The translations under genes and the position numbers were made by a program. A model generated the notes under the pieces. That model saw only the letters and a list, made by a program, of their open reading frames with translations. It made no database searches and was not told where the DNA came from. A stretch of DNA of 63,099 nt, the filler included, from Sluysia triapertura (taxonomy: Eukaryota), in the NCBI GenBank assembly GCA_046118255.1. It is 5 parts of 5 records of this genome, joined end to end, with 100 filler letters (N's around TTAATTAATTAA, not from the genome) between each part and the next. Parts side by side here need not be neighbours in the genome. Positions count along the whole stretch, not along the records: positions 38,578 to 50,111 come from JBJNIA010183624.1; positions 50,212 to 63,099 come from JBJNIA010074497.1; 3 more parts are not named here. One strand, 5' to 3'. Shown piece by piece: positions 39,349 to 51,154 of this stretch (position 1 is the first letter of the stretch; each line of letters opens with the position of its first letter).

Positions 39349-40539
39349 AATTCTGATTCAACAAAATCAGGATCAATGGAACCCACAGATGTAGAATGTG
39401 GTCTTACTTTAGATCACTGTTATGTTTTAAATTATGTATCAGATAAATGTGGATTTACTTTAGATCACTGTTATGCTTTGAATTATGTATCAGATAAAGA
39501 TGTTCTAGGTGATCTAAGAATTAAATTAGAACATTTGTACTTTGAATTTGAAAGCCAATATGAAAGTGGCCAAATTCATGGTACTGGTGATTGTTTACAT
39601 CACTTTAAAACGTCGTTTTTAGAATCATTATTATTATTAAATTCAAATGATCGTTCAGAATTGTTACATAATTTTATTAACGATAAACGAAATTTAAATC
39701 GGTTAAGCTTGCCCGATGTCGTAAGGATTCTACATTTAGAATTCCATGTTTTAAATTTTCATAGTTTACAAATGCTAGAATTATTGCCAATACAAATAAA
39801 CAGTGATTTGTTAATTAACTTAGTACAAGAAACTAGGATAGAATGTTTTATATTAACTAATGATGTCTTGACTTATTATTTCGATTTTAATAATGTATCG
39901 GTACATTTGTACCCTCATTCTGTTAAATTTTATAAAGTTTATTTTTATATTCATTTTTATTTTTACGAAAATAATAAACAATATTTTAAAATCGATTATG
40001 ATAGTTTTATTCAGTTAGAATTGTTTCACAATATTATGATACGCAGTGTTGAAATTTTAAAAGTTTTCGAAGGTTTAAATTTAAATTTAGTATTGTACGA
40101 GTTTTTGATACAAATTCAGAATTTTCTCCCAGATCATGATCGGGTTCTTGAAGCTTTACTAGAAATTCAGAAACCTATGGCTAGTTTAGAACGTCAGTCA
40201 TTAACCCCTCATTTGACAGCTGATTACATAAATACTTGCAATTCAATTTATCTATCGTTTAATATTGTTTCTTATAGTGAAATGTATGGGCTTTGGAACC
40301 CTAAATTTTTACAATTTTATAAATCTTTGTGTAATTCAAATCTTAATTTTAATTTTTCATATAAATATAATAACGTTATTGGTTATTTTCTTCGGATGTT
40401 TTTTAATAATACGAGATTAATAAATTTTAATGATTTGAAAGTAATAAATATTAATTATAGATTTTATTTTGAATTTACATTTAACTTTAATTATAATCAA
40501 TACCGGCCATTCTTACAGGCAGCACGCCTGAAATTCTAA
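39199..40539 (+). CDS. Intronless 446-aa chimeric ORF: CHMP2A-derived N-terminus plus unrecognised F/L/Y/N-rich body
   Basis: Longest ORF in the window; the frame is open from 39112, which is unlikely by chance at this AT content. AATAAA at 40682. Expression unknown. Confidence 0.6.
   Translation: MSILMKADIQGVSLEIQMTDTNDDVFGEGGDEEESEKLINQILDESGVEMNSDSTKSGSMEPTDVECGLTLDHCYVLNYVSDKCGFTLDHCYALNYVSDKDVLGDLRIKLEHLYFEFESQYESGQIHGTGDCLHHFKTSFLESLLLLNSNDRSELLHNFINDKRNLNRLSLPDVVRILHLEFHVLNFHSLQMLELLPIQINSDLLINLVQETRIECFILTNDVLTYYFDFNNVSVHLYPHSVKFYKVYFYIHFYFYENNKQYFKIDYDSFIQLELFHNIMIRSVEILKVFEGLNLNLVLYEFLIQIQNFLPDHDRVLEALLEIQKPMASLERQSLTPHLTADYINTCNSIYLSFNIVSYSEMYGLWNPKFLQFYKSLCNSNLNFNFSYKYNNVIGYFLRMFFNNTRLINFNDLKVININYRFYFEFTFNFNYNQYRPFLQAARLKF
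39397..39498 (+). repeat. In-frame 51-bp tandem duplication (CGxTLDHCYxLNYVSDK x2)
   Basis: Units 39397-39447 and 39448-39498 differ at only a few positions. Confidence 0.95.
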
Positions 40540-41754
40540 TTTATTATGTAGATGCTTATATTTTAAAATGTTTAAGTAGAATTCTTTGTAAAACTTTTTA
40601 ATTCTACAGTTTTGTGATAAATTTAGTCAAAGAATGTATATAAGTAAGAATGTATAATGTATGCATTGTGTTAAGATAAAGAATAAATTTTATGTATACA
40701 TTTTAATTATATTTTAAGTTTTTGTTTTAATATTGCACATTTTATGAATATTTCGAAAATTTTGAAAATAATGGAAAAATGCTGCCAGTCAATGAAATTA
40801 ACTTAGAAAATTCTGAAACAAAATCTGTGCAGTATGTTATAGTTTATCTTTATAAAGTTTTGATAGAATTACAGAAGAAGATAGTAAATTTTACTTGAAT
40901 ACGTCGAAATCAGCTGATTTTCTTCGAATCATGTCGCCGATTTATGGAATAGATTTCTATTTTGCAAACGTTCAATTTTCATCAATGTTATTCATTTTGT
41001 TGCATGATCTCCACAATTTTTATTTTCATGAAACTTTTACTAAGTGTATGTTTAATTTACGAATTATAATAGTTGCAAAATATTTTACTTTCACTTTTAT
41101 TTATCCATTTTATCATCAGAATTTTGCTCTTGTTATCTGATGGTTCAATATCAAGTTGTGCATTGTCTACTTAATTTAGTTGTGACATTAAAACTCAATT
41201 TTGAGTTACATTGATGTCAGTTTTTTTTGTTCTAAACTATTTAAATTTCCAAGTTATTTCAAAATGATCATAAATTTTAAAACGATTTTGAATATTACAG
41301 ATCAAACAATAGAGATAAAATGAATAAAGATTAAATTATGAAAATATGGAAAGTTTATGAATTTAACATTATTTTGTCGAAGTTTTTTTCGATATTTTAG
41401 GTTTTATATTTTTATTGCTGACAAAAGTGGATTAGTTTTGATTCAATCTTTGAGTAGTTTTAACTTTTATCTCTTTGTTTTATTATATATTACAAATATC
41501 CATGTCGGAATAACTATAGGACGATTCTTTTGTTTTTTTGGAAGTGCTGGTGTTTTTCTAGTATGGAGGTTTTATAGTTGTGGTGATTCAACCCTTCATC
41601 TATGATTGTATTATACCGTATACATAAATAAAACTTCATTAAAACATACTCTACTACTGCATCAATATCCATATCTATATTACCAAGCTTTAACTTACAA
41701 AATAGTAAATTTATAAAATTTTAAACTATGACTTTTGTAAAATTTTAAAAATTG

Positions 41755-41755
<1 letters not shown>

Positions 41756-41796
<41 letters not shown>
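41756..41796. repeat. (AT)n microsatellite
   Basis: Direct. Confidence 0.97.
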
Positions 41797-41800
<4 letters not shown>

Positions 41801-42639
41801 TAGGCTTTCAGTCTTATATTAGTCTAGTTAATGATTATGTTTCAATTAATCTCACACCGATTTTACTTTAGTCTTTATCTTTTTCTAAAATTTATGCTTG
41901 GTATGGTCACCCTTATGAACCTTATTCGATGTATCTTATTTCTTATATTTCAATGCATTATTTTCTCTTCTCAAAATGAAAATGAGTTCGGTACTTTACT
42001 TTTCAACTAAACAATTAAAAGGAAAAGAAAAGTCTAACTTTTTAAAGTCTTTTATCTAGCAATTATGTAATATATAAAATACCTTATTAAGTGAATAAAT
42101 AAACACACTATAAGTTAGTTCTCTGTGTGAGAAGACAACAACTTGATCAATTGGTTAGAGTCTCAAATTGATTAGGAGTTTCACGCAGTCGTTCAGTTAA
42201 TAATAATTAAATGTCCTCTTGTTTCCTGGTTGATCACTGTTTCACACAGATCTGTCGAATATTATCAACAATAGACAGAGTTTTCTTTTCTATTTCTGAA
42301 GATAAACTATTTATACTACCTAAAAATTTTCTGCGTATGATTATCTTCTCGCAGTCTAATAAACTATTAGAACATAGACAGTATATAACACAAATATATA
42401 TGCAATTGTTTTCTCGCATTATAAAACTATTGAAATCTATTATTAATTTGAAAATATTAAATTATTATTTATAATTTTACAATACTGTTATAAATTATAT
42501 AAACACATTTATTTCGAACTGTTACAAATTCAGTTGTATTATTATTAATTCACTTCAGAGTATTTTTTTAGTTATTTACATTCATTTATTTATTCATTTC
42601 AGTCACATTTAGTTATTATAACTATTTTCCTTTAGCATA

Positions 42640-43270
42640 AACAATTTAATCCAGACATTCAGACATATAAAATTTATGTAACTGCACATTCACTAATATA
42701 ATTTATAATTTATTATTATTATACGTTTTATTAGCATACAATCACTTGAAATTAATAGACATTCGTTTATTTTGTAGAATTTTTGAAACTGCACATTTAC
42801 TAGCATGATTTATTATTTATTATTAATCATGATCATCACTTGTATCTTTCAATGTATTGACAATAATTTTGCGGCTCAAAATTACATTTTATGTATTGTT
42901 CATGGCTTAATTTGGTTTTAGAGTTATCAAGCATTCGATTTATTTGGATGTTATAGCAAGAATTATATTTTATTAATTATAATATTTCAATATTAAAGAG
43001 TATTATATCATGTTGCTATTATTACGTATTTATTCAAGCATTCGGTTTATAGCAAGCATTACATTTTATTAATCATTCGATACTAACATAACTTACAAGA
43101 GTATTAAATTATCAAGAGTTTATTTTTAAATCATTCATTATTCGATTAGAATTTCAACTACTTTCAAACAACTATAAACAAAATAACAAAACATTGCATT
43201 TTTAATTTATTTTTAAAAATTAAAGAGTATTGTATATTAACAATGATTATTATGTTGCTTCAATACTTTC
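42640..43270. repeat. Degenerate tandem array, ~107-bp period
   Basis: CTGCACATT at 42682/42789 and CAAGCATTCG at 42928/43035 (both 107 bp apart); recurring AAGAGTATT. Confidence 0.7.
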
Positions 43271-43990
43271 ATTTATTACCACTATTAAATTTTAACTTTT
43301 GTAAAACATAATTCACGATTGTCGTCATTATTGTAATGACCAGTAGTATAAATAGTTGAATGAAATTTTTTATAAAATTTTTTTTATTAAATTTTTTTAC
43401 TGGAGAATCGGACAATATCACAATTTTTAGCAAATTCATTTATCAATTTTTATGTCAATAGTTTGGTGATGTTTTTGCCGAAATATAATTAATTCTTGTT
43501 TTTGCTAGTACTAAAAATTACGCTCATATAGAATCAATTTTGACTAGTGTTTTTAACATGACAAATTTAACAATTACTTTTAGTACATTTGAAAAACGTT
43601 AGGAATATTATACTATTACCTTAATTATGATAGTTTCCGTCATTGCTGCGGGTTTAATTATAAGAATTGTGATTGTCTGCAGTAAGATTCGGAAAAACGA
43701 TAGGAAAATATTCTCGGATGAATACTTTTCGCGGATATCCTTTTTCGAATTTAACTTTTGAAAAGACAGTCTTAAAAGCGTATAACATATGTCTTATTTT
43801 TTTATTTTATGAATTAATAATTAATGTAATATATTTAAAACTAATTATTTCGATATTTAGAGTTTAATTTTAATATAAAATCTGATTTTATTAAAGTTAT
43901 TTTTATGTAACGAGTTTTGTTTTAATATCAAAAGGTTTTTATTGTATGTTCAGAAGAAAGAATTGTTAAGCATAACCAATTGTAATTTAT

Positions 43991-44039
<49 letters not shown>
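43991..44039. repeat. Compound (AC)10(AT)n microsatellite
   Basis: Direct. Confidence 0.97.
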
Positions 44040-44042
<3 letters not shown>

Positions 44043-46199
44043 AAATTATATATAATTATGAATGAATGCATGTATTGGTAGTGATTCACCTCATAAGTCA
44101 AAGTTTTGTATTACGTTATCCATCCATATAAAAGAGAAATTAACCACTTAAACAATTTTTACACATTAGTTAAACAATCAATCAAAATACATTAAATGCA
44201 ACACTTTAAGTTCTATATATCATAACAATTTCTTGAATATCATACTTCCTACAAAAACAATAACATCTCTCACTTTCACTTTTTCAATTTTTCTTCACCT
44301 ACACACAAAATTCCCTCATTTCAAACATTAGGGAATTCTTTATTCTTTTATTCTTATTTTTTCCTTTCCATTTTGTGTATGTACATAAAAGAAATTCTTC
44401 TGATAACGATTTGATGTTTACTAAATTATATTCAAGATATAAACCAGTAGTGGCTGAGTTTGACAGTAGAGAATTAAAAGATCTCGAATACTAGAACTAG
44501 AAAAACAAATTCACAAATGTAAAACCGACATTTACAACTAATCTTATTTTATTCAAGGTAGAGTGTTTCTATTTCCCACAAGCAATATAAACAAAATTAT
44601 TAATAGAGTAATACCACGGCTGTTGAATATATCATTAAGTCTTGACATTCTAAAAGAATTTAGTCTTCAATGAGATCATTTAGAAAGAATTGTTAAAACA
44701 TGTTTAAACTATTTTAAGTTCAAGGCAGATCGTACCGTTAAAATCACAAGAATTTAAATTGTAAATGAAACAGCAGCACCATCAACAAATCCTCATAATG
44801 AACATTCAGAAATTTAAGAATAAGAAAAACAAATAACAAAAGCTTAAAAGAAATCCTAACATCAATGTTGCATTAAAAGTGATGAAATCACAATTAGTAA
44901 AGAAACCATGCTTAATTTTTGCAGTTATTTTCTCTAGGAAAGAAAGACTTAAATGAAAGAATTTGAACACATGGCAATGAAAGCACATATTCTTTTTAGG
45001 AAATATTTAATGCCTCGATCCGCTAGTATCTTCGTAAATGTAGGTGACGAGTCATGATACTAATAATTAATCTATAAAATTGTTTTATGAACTTTCTGGC
45101 AATTTAAGGAAAATAAATTTATCTTTTAAATTGTTTAACTCTGATATCCGGATTTATAATGGACTTTTCTTTTAATGCGTAACGTATTAATGATTAAGCG
45201 GAACTTTTAAATGAGCCTCAATACTTTTATAAATGAAGACAAAAATCTAGTGTTTAATAAATATATCCATATGGGATTATGTTTTTATTTATATATGTGC
45301 ATATATTTTTAATAAATTATCAAAAAATCATAACAATTTATAATAATTATAAAACTTATCAAAAAATAATTCTTTTAATCGATATTTTGTACAGTTTAAC
45401 AATTGCAAGATGGCTTTATTTTAACATCGCTTAATTGTTCAGATGACTTATGTTAACGACTGTATAATTATTAATGACGCTTACTGTGAACAAATAAATA
45501 TCATCAATAAAACAATTAAAAACGATTATGATTATATGAATAGATTTCGAGTTGATTTAAATCTTAATTTTGATGATAATGCAGAAACACATTATAGTCA
45601 TAATAAAGTAAATGACTTAAATCCACCTTATGAAATTATTCTCGTTAAGTGGTAATAATGAAGGTGATGATTTAATAATAAGTCCTGATTCACAAATGTT
45701 TCTGATGTTTCGATCAGTTTTTTGTCCTAGAAAATACTATATTCACCACTGTTTCAAACCTACTATTTTCAGTTTTATAGCGTTATACAATCTGAGAGAA
45801 TCTAACCGTACTTTTCAAGTAGCATGATTATCCTCTGTTAATCACTATTTCTATGTTTGTATCAAGTTACAAGATTACAAAAACTACTTAGTCATTCTAC
45901 ATAGATTCAACTTACTTCGTCTACACATTGTAAATCCTTTTCTCAATTTCTATGGAAACCTTGATTGTCACGTGAGTTTTATGTGTTTTTTTTCATTTAT
46001 ACAATTTTCATATTTAAGCATTTTTATGTATATAATAAATTAGAGAAATTTTATTTTATTTAGAAATTAACTTTAATTGATGTGTTAAGGTCCTTAAGAC
46101 CAATAGATACATTATTACACAATTTTTCACATATTTAACTTTAAAAAAGATAGTGTATTTCGTTTTTTACTTTATAAAAAAGTTCAACTTCCAATAAAG

Positions 46200-46700
46200 A
46201 TAATTTTACGATATTTCCCCTATACATTAAAAACATCTAAAACTTTGCGCCGATCGTTTGTTTCATTTTTTATGCAAAACCGCTTACATAAATCTTTTAA
46301 TCTGCTATTTATCCTATTTAAGTCATTTTCACTTATTATTTGTTCCAATATATAAATATTAACTTTTCAAATTTAAACTTACATCATAAATATTTTACTC
46401 AACTCATAAACTGCCTATAACATCTACATTGACGACTAACTGTAATTTATTTTTTCTCATTCCCTGACATCTTTTGTTGACAGATTTCTAATCACTTTCT
46501 GCACACAATCAACAAAAAGACCCAATTTCATCTCCCCAAAATTTTTGCTACCTTTCTACCATCCATATTAGGTAAAATTAATACTAATTCTCTTATCAAA
46601 AACTTAAAACTACAAATTTTATTATCATCATCAAACGTTTTTAATTTACAAAATTTATATTACATCCAATTCACAAAAGAAATTATGTAAAATTATTATG
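46200..46700 (+). mobile_element. Degraded LINE reverse-transcriptase relic
   Basis: YNIYIDD*...SFVD resembles LFNIYIDDL...LFADD; weak YRPIS-like and YLG-like remnants in the expected order. Confidence 0.4.
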
Positions 46701-47989
46701 GATGCAAATATTACATGAAAAATTTAATTTAAGAATTATAAACTGTAACAGAATGAAGTGTATATTATCAGTAATATATAGAATGAAGTGAAAGTCTTTA
46801 TTATTAATAGATATCAAAAATTTAATGTTATGACGTTATTTATTTGACTGTATATAAAGTAAAGATTAGCAAGAATAATAATCACATGATATTTGTGGAA
46901 CAAATTGATCAGATAGTTAAATTGTGGATGGATTCTTAATAAAACTCAAGACAAAATTTATTCGTGGGATTTAATTTGCGAATACAATCATAAGAAACAA
47001 AGATATTTGCGAAATTTGATTTAGAGGCACATTCATCAGATTAAATTCATTAAGTTTAGAGCAATTTTAACTTATTTATTTAGAGTGAGTGCTAAATGTT
47101 TTAATTATTTTTTATTTATTATTTTCTATTTATTTCGTCTGAATGATAAATCTCATCAATGTTAAATTAATTTGTTAATTAATAAGGAGTTAGAGAGCTA
47201 AGTATAGGTTGAAATCAAACTTTTACGATTTAGTCAATCTATGTTATAGTTTATGTTAATATTACTTGGCGATACGAGACGGTGCTTATTGAAAAGTATT
47301 TTGATTGGAAATCCATGTAATATTTTATTGATAATTGAGTATTTGCTTAGCGGTATTTGAGAACAAGTTTATATTACGTTCGTTTAGACTTGAGTGATGA
47401 AAATACAATCAATTAGCATAAGTTCTTACCTTTTTCTTCAGGTTCTGACGACTCAGACAAGAGTAATTTCTGGCCGAATAAAAAAGTGTGACAATGCATG
47501 AGTATTGCATGATTAGCGTCGCTCGTTTCAATGATGACATTGTGTCCAAAACTTGACAGAATATTCATTATGACGGAGTCTTTATTAGAAGCTGTAACGA
47601 TTGTGATATTGTCTTGTTTATTAATCGTCTTATATAAATTAGAACTCGAAGAAAAATGTAGTTTTGTTTATATGTGTTCTTGTATTCAGATGAACGTTTG
47701 GTTATGTGTCCATTATCAATTATCAGTACATCTTTAATTATATATTTGTATTCGCAAATCAACTTATCATTATCATAATTAAATACAATTTTATTCCTAA
47801 CTAAATTATCTAAATTGAACATATCTTTATTTATGTAATTGGCATCAGTAATGGATGCATCTTTATTTACTAAATTATTATTAATAATAAACTCGTCTTT
47901 AACTTCATAGTTATCAAAAACAATGTATCTTTATGTTCATAATCATTATCTAAGTAGAAGGTACTTATCTAACTAGATAAACTTCCTTT

Positions 47990-48320
47990 ATCTAAATTAG
48001 CTACAGACGATGCGAAAGCAATGATAAGAGGAAAAATGGATTTATAGCTAAATTATTAGCTAAACAACACGGTATTTCTCACGATAACCACTTTCACCCT
48101 GTTCATTGCATCATACATGAGGAGATACTGTGTTCCAAATTAAGAAAAATGGAAAACGTTCTTCAATTTGTCAAATAAACTGTAAATTTTATACGATCTC
48201 GAGGTTTGAATCAACGACAATTTTTATCATTAGTGTCAGAAATTGAAAATAAACATGATGGTTTAATTATGCAGAAGTGCATTGGCTTTCTTGTCACAAA
48301 TTTTTTGTTTCGGTTCTGGG
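47990..48320 (+). mobile_element. Degenerate hAT transposase (SPIN/Buster, GTF2IRD2-like) fragment
   Basis: ATDDAKAM.../HCIIHEEILCSK..MENV..*TVNFIRSRGLNQRQF.../AEVHWLS matches TTDGAPAM, HCIIHQEALC, VNFIRSRGLNHRQF and EVRWLS. Confidence 0.92.
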
Positions 48321-48731
48321 TGTAGGAAATTCATCACATAAAATTCATCACATTTCATCACATAAAAACACTTCACATGTACACAGACTATTAAACAAAC
48401 TACTAAACTCATTCAAAAACAAACATGACCATCACATCTAATTATCATGAACTATCGCTATTATTATTACAATTCAGATCGTATTAAAATATATATAATA
48501 ATTATAGTCATTATTGTCATATAATATGATCATATAGTAATAACTTTTATAATAAATTTCATAATAAATTTCAACATCAACAATTCTGTATTAATAAACA
48601 TAATATTCACATAATTGTGATCATTATTATTATTTCCTTATCCTTATTAATTTTTTCGTTTATTTTTATTATCAATCTCTCTTTCTATTTTTTTTGTCGT
48701 TTTTCTTCAATACTCTTTTTAATACAATATA

Positions 48732-49010
48732 TCTGATCCTGATATATCTTACTGCGATACTGGAACTAATATTAATCAAACTGTGGGACAGAAAAGAAAA
48801 CTGGATAAATCTATGTAGAGTAATGAATTTATTAAATCAAAAATTCGAAAATCGGATGCACCAGTCGCCGAACAAAAACCTAAAGAATCCTCAACGACAG
48901 TTCAATCAAAAGAAATTTTGCGATTGAAACATACGTATGGAATGAATGCTTGGAGACATTGGTCTAATGGTATAAAAGATCTATTGAAATTGTCACCTGA
49001 ATCAGTCTAG
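48732..49010 (+). pseudogene. ZMYM2/3/4 (Woc)-like fragment with an in-frame stop
   Basis: LRLKHTYGMNAWRHW..IKDLLKLSPE resembles ZMYM/Woc LKYTYGVNAWKHW...KEDLLSHTTAEL; TAG at 48816-48818 and at 49008-49010. Confidence 0.7.
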
Positions 49011-49011
49011 T

Positions 49012-49583
49012 CCTTGTTCAGATAGACATACGACAATCAATCCAGTGTCGACGGGCTTGCGTAACCAAGCCTACGTGTTTCATTCAAACACACCCAAGAG
49101 CGCAATATTTATGAATAATACATTAGCAGATCAACAAGATTACAATCAAAATCAATATCCTAGCAACAGTAATCTTTTTTATTACAATACAAATTCAAAA
49201 AAAGTCCAACAAAAAAAACAATTAGTATCATCACATATTAACTCAGAATTTCCAAATCATCATTATCAACAATCTGGTCAAACTTTAGATAGTTTCCATA
49301 TTAACACTAATAATAATCCTAATAATAACGTAGTCAATCAAGTATTACGAGGTAACAAAAATTACCAAGAAACGGACCAATCAAACAACAGACAATATAA
49401 ACAAAATCGTGACAATAACCAATGACAGTGGTTTACAAACAAATACTATAAATAGCAGCAATTTAAATAATCATGATGATTCTAATAAAAGTATTGGATT
49501 GGGTAGTAAAGGAGGCAGTTGTTTTAATAATGATTGTTGTGCCACCTTGTTTAGATGTAGCCAATTAAAAAGACTTGAGTAAT
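49012..49583 (+). pseudogene. N/Q-rich coding fragment with one frameshift, unidentified parent
   Basis: The 126-aa ORF continues in another frame (NDSGLQTNT...GGSCFNNDCCATLFRCSQLKRLE*); no clear splice acceptor. Confidence 0.45.
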
Positions 49584-50111
49584 AATAATAGTCCAAATTA
49601 AAAGAAAAATTAGTTCATACTTATTGATTTCTTTTCGAATAAAAAACACGAAACGAAAAATGAAACGTATAATATTATCAATCTACAACCAATTTTCTAA
49701 ATCCGATTATCTACTTAAAATAGTAAGTAAACAATAATCAGTAGTATTTAATTTTTATTTAAAAATTCTTGATCTGCATTAAGTTGCTTTGTTGCTACTG
49801 ACCCGATGTCTTTCATTATTTATACGTCAGTTTGCTTTTTGGGGGATTTCTTTAAATTAATTAATTAATAATAATAATTTTCATAGAATATTTGAATTAA
49901 AGACGATGTAAAATAAATTATGCTTAAAAATTTAATAAAAAAATTTTAAAAAATCAATATTTTTGTATTTTGTTTCGTTACATTTATGTTGACTCTACGC
50001 AATTAAATTTTTTGGTACTGTTGATTATAAATAGTGGCAACGATAGAAGAACGAATTGATACTGCATCAAATATAAGAAATGAACGTTTAGAATCACAAG
50101 CAAAAAGATCG

Positions 50112-50211
50112 NNNNNNNNNNNNNNNNNNNNNNNNNNNNNNNNNNNNNNNNNNNNTTAATTAATTAANNNNNNNNNNNNNNNNNNNNNNNNNNNNNNNNN
50201 NNNNNNNNNNN
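50112..50211. other. Artificial contig linker 44N-TTAATTAATTAA-44N
   Basis: Identical to the other linkers. Confidence 0.98.
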
Positions 50212-50264
50212 ATAATTTATAAATTTAAATACAGAACAATTAAATAATAACAAATATATTAACA

Positions 50265-50265
<1 letters not shown>

Positions 50266-50314
<49 letters not shown>
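50266..50314. repeat. (AAT)n microsatellite upstream of the K2P start
   Basis: Direct. Confidence 0.95.
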
Positions 50315-50315
<1 letters not shown>

Positions 50316-50487
50316 TAATTTATATTAAAAAATAAATACACCACTTTGTTAAACAATCTTCCAATAAAATTTGTCGAAATTATAAAATAATCTTTGCCAT
50401 TATGTTTTATTTTACTTTTTACTTCTTATTATTTTCATTCTTTTAATTGAAATATTTTGTCATATTTGATGAACTCAACAAACAACG

Positions 50488-51154
50488 ATGAACACCGCTG
50501 CAAATATATCTTTTATCAATTCACATTCGTTTCCGTTTTTTAATCGTCAACAATCATCGCGTCATATTAAAAGAATTAATCGTACTTTATCAAGATCGAA
50601 ATTTTTATTTTTAAATACTAGTAGTACAGTTTATGAAGATAATGACGAAGAAAAAAGCCGTAAAGAACGTCGTGCTAGACAAATTCAACAAACTAAACAG
50701 TGCTGTAAACGATTTTGTACATTTTTATTTTCACACATTGGATTATCGGCTGTTTTAGTTGGATATGTGATTTTAGGTGGATTAATGTTTCAAAGTTTAG
50801 AAATTAACAATGAAAAATTAGTCAAAGAAGATGTTCGTAAAAATTATTCGATTTATATAAATAGAATAATGGAACATTTTTATACAATTCATAATCTACA
50901 TTTAATGGCTATTCAACAATCAATAATGCTCAATAAGAAACAATCAATAGATTTTAATAAAACCTTTAAATTATTTAAATTAAACGTATCTAGCGATTTG
51001 GAATTATTTCTTAAAGTAACTATAAATAATTATACTAAAAATATGATATATTTTATGCAAGATTTGGGTTGGAATGGTTACCATGACGATGAAAACTTAA
51101 ATTGGTCATACGAAGGGGCATTGTTATTCGTTATTACTGTAATAACAACAATTG
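50488..51154 (+). CDS. Two-pore-domain potassium channel (invertebrate TWK/K2P type), first coding exon
   Basis: FLFSHIGL..VLVGYVILGGLMFQSLE (TM1), a cap region, then WSYEGALLFVITVITTIG (pore helix 1); donor ATT G|GTAAGT splits the TIGYG filter. Confidence 0.95.

Noticed and set aside
42135-42200. tRNA-like A-box (GATCAATTGGTTAGAG)
   Set aside because: No B-box or cloverleaf could be built.
50035-50111. Open frame ATIEERIDTASNIRNERLESQAKRS at the contig end
   Set aside because: Too short and truncated to distinguish an exon from a transposon remnant.
12972-50211. TTAATTAATTAA recurring at roughly regular spacing as a biological motif (e.g. piggyBac TTAA sites)
   Set aside because: Always flanked by exactly 44 N on each side, so it is an assembly linker.
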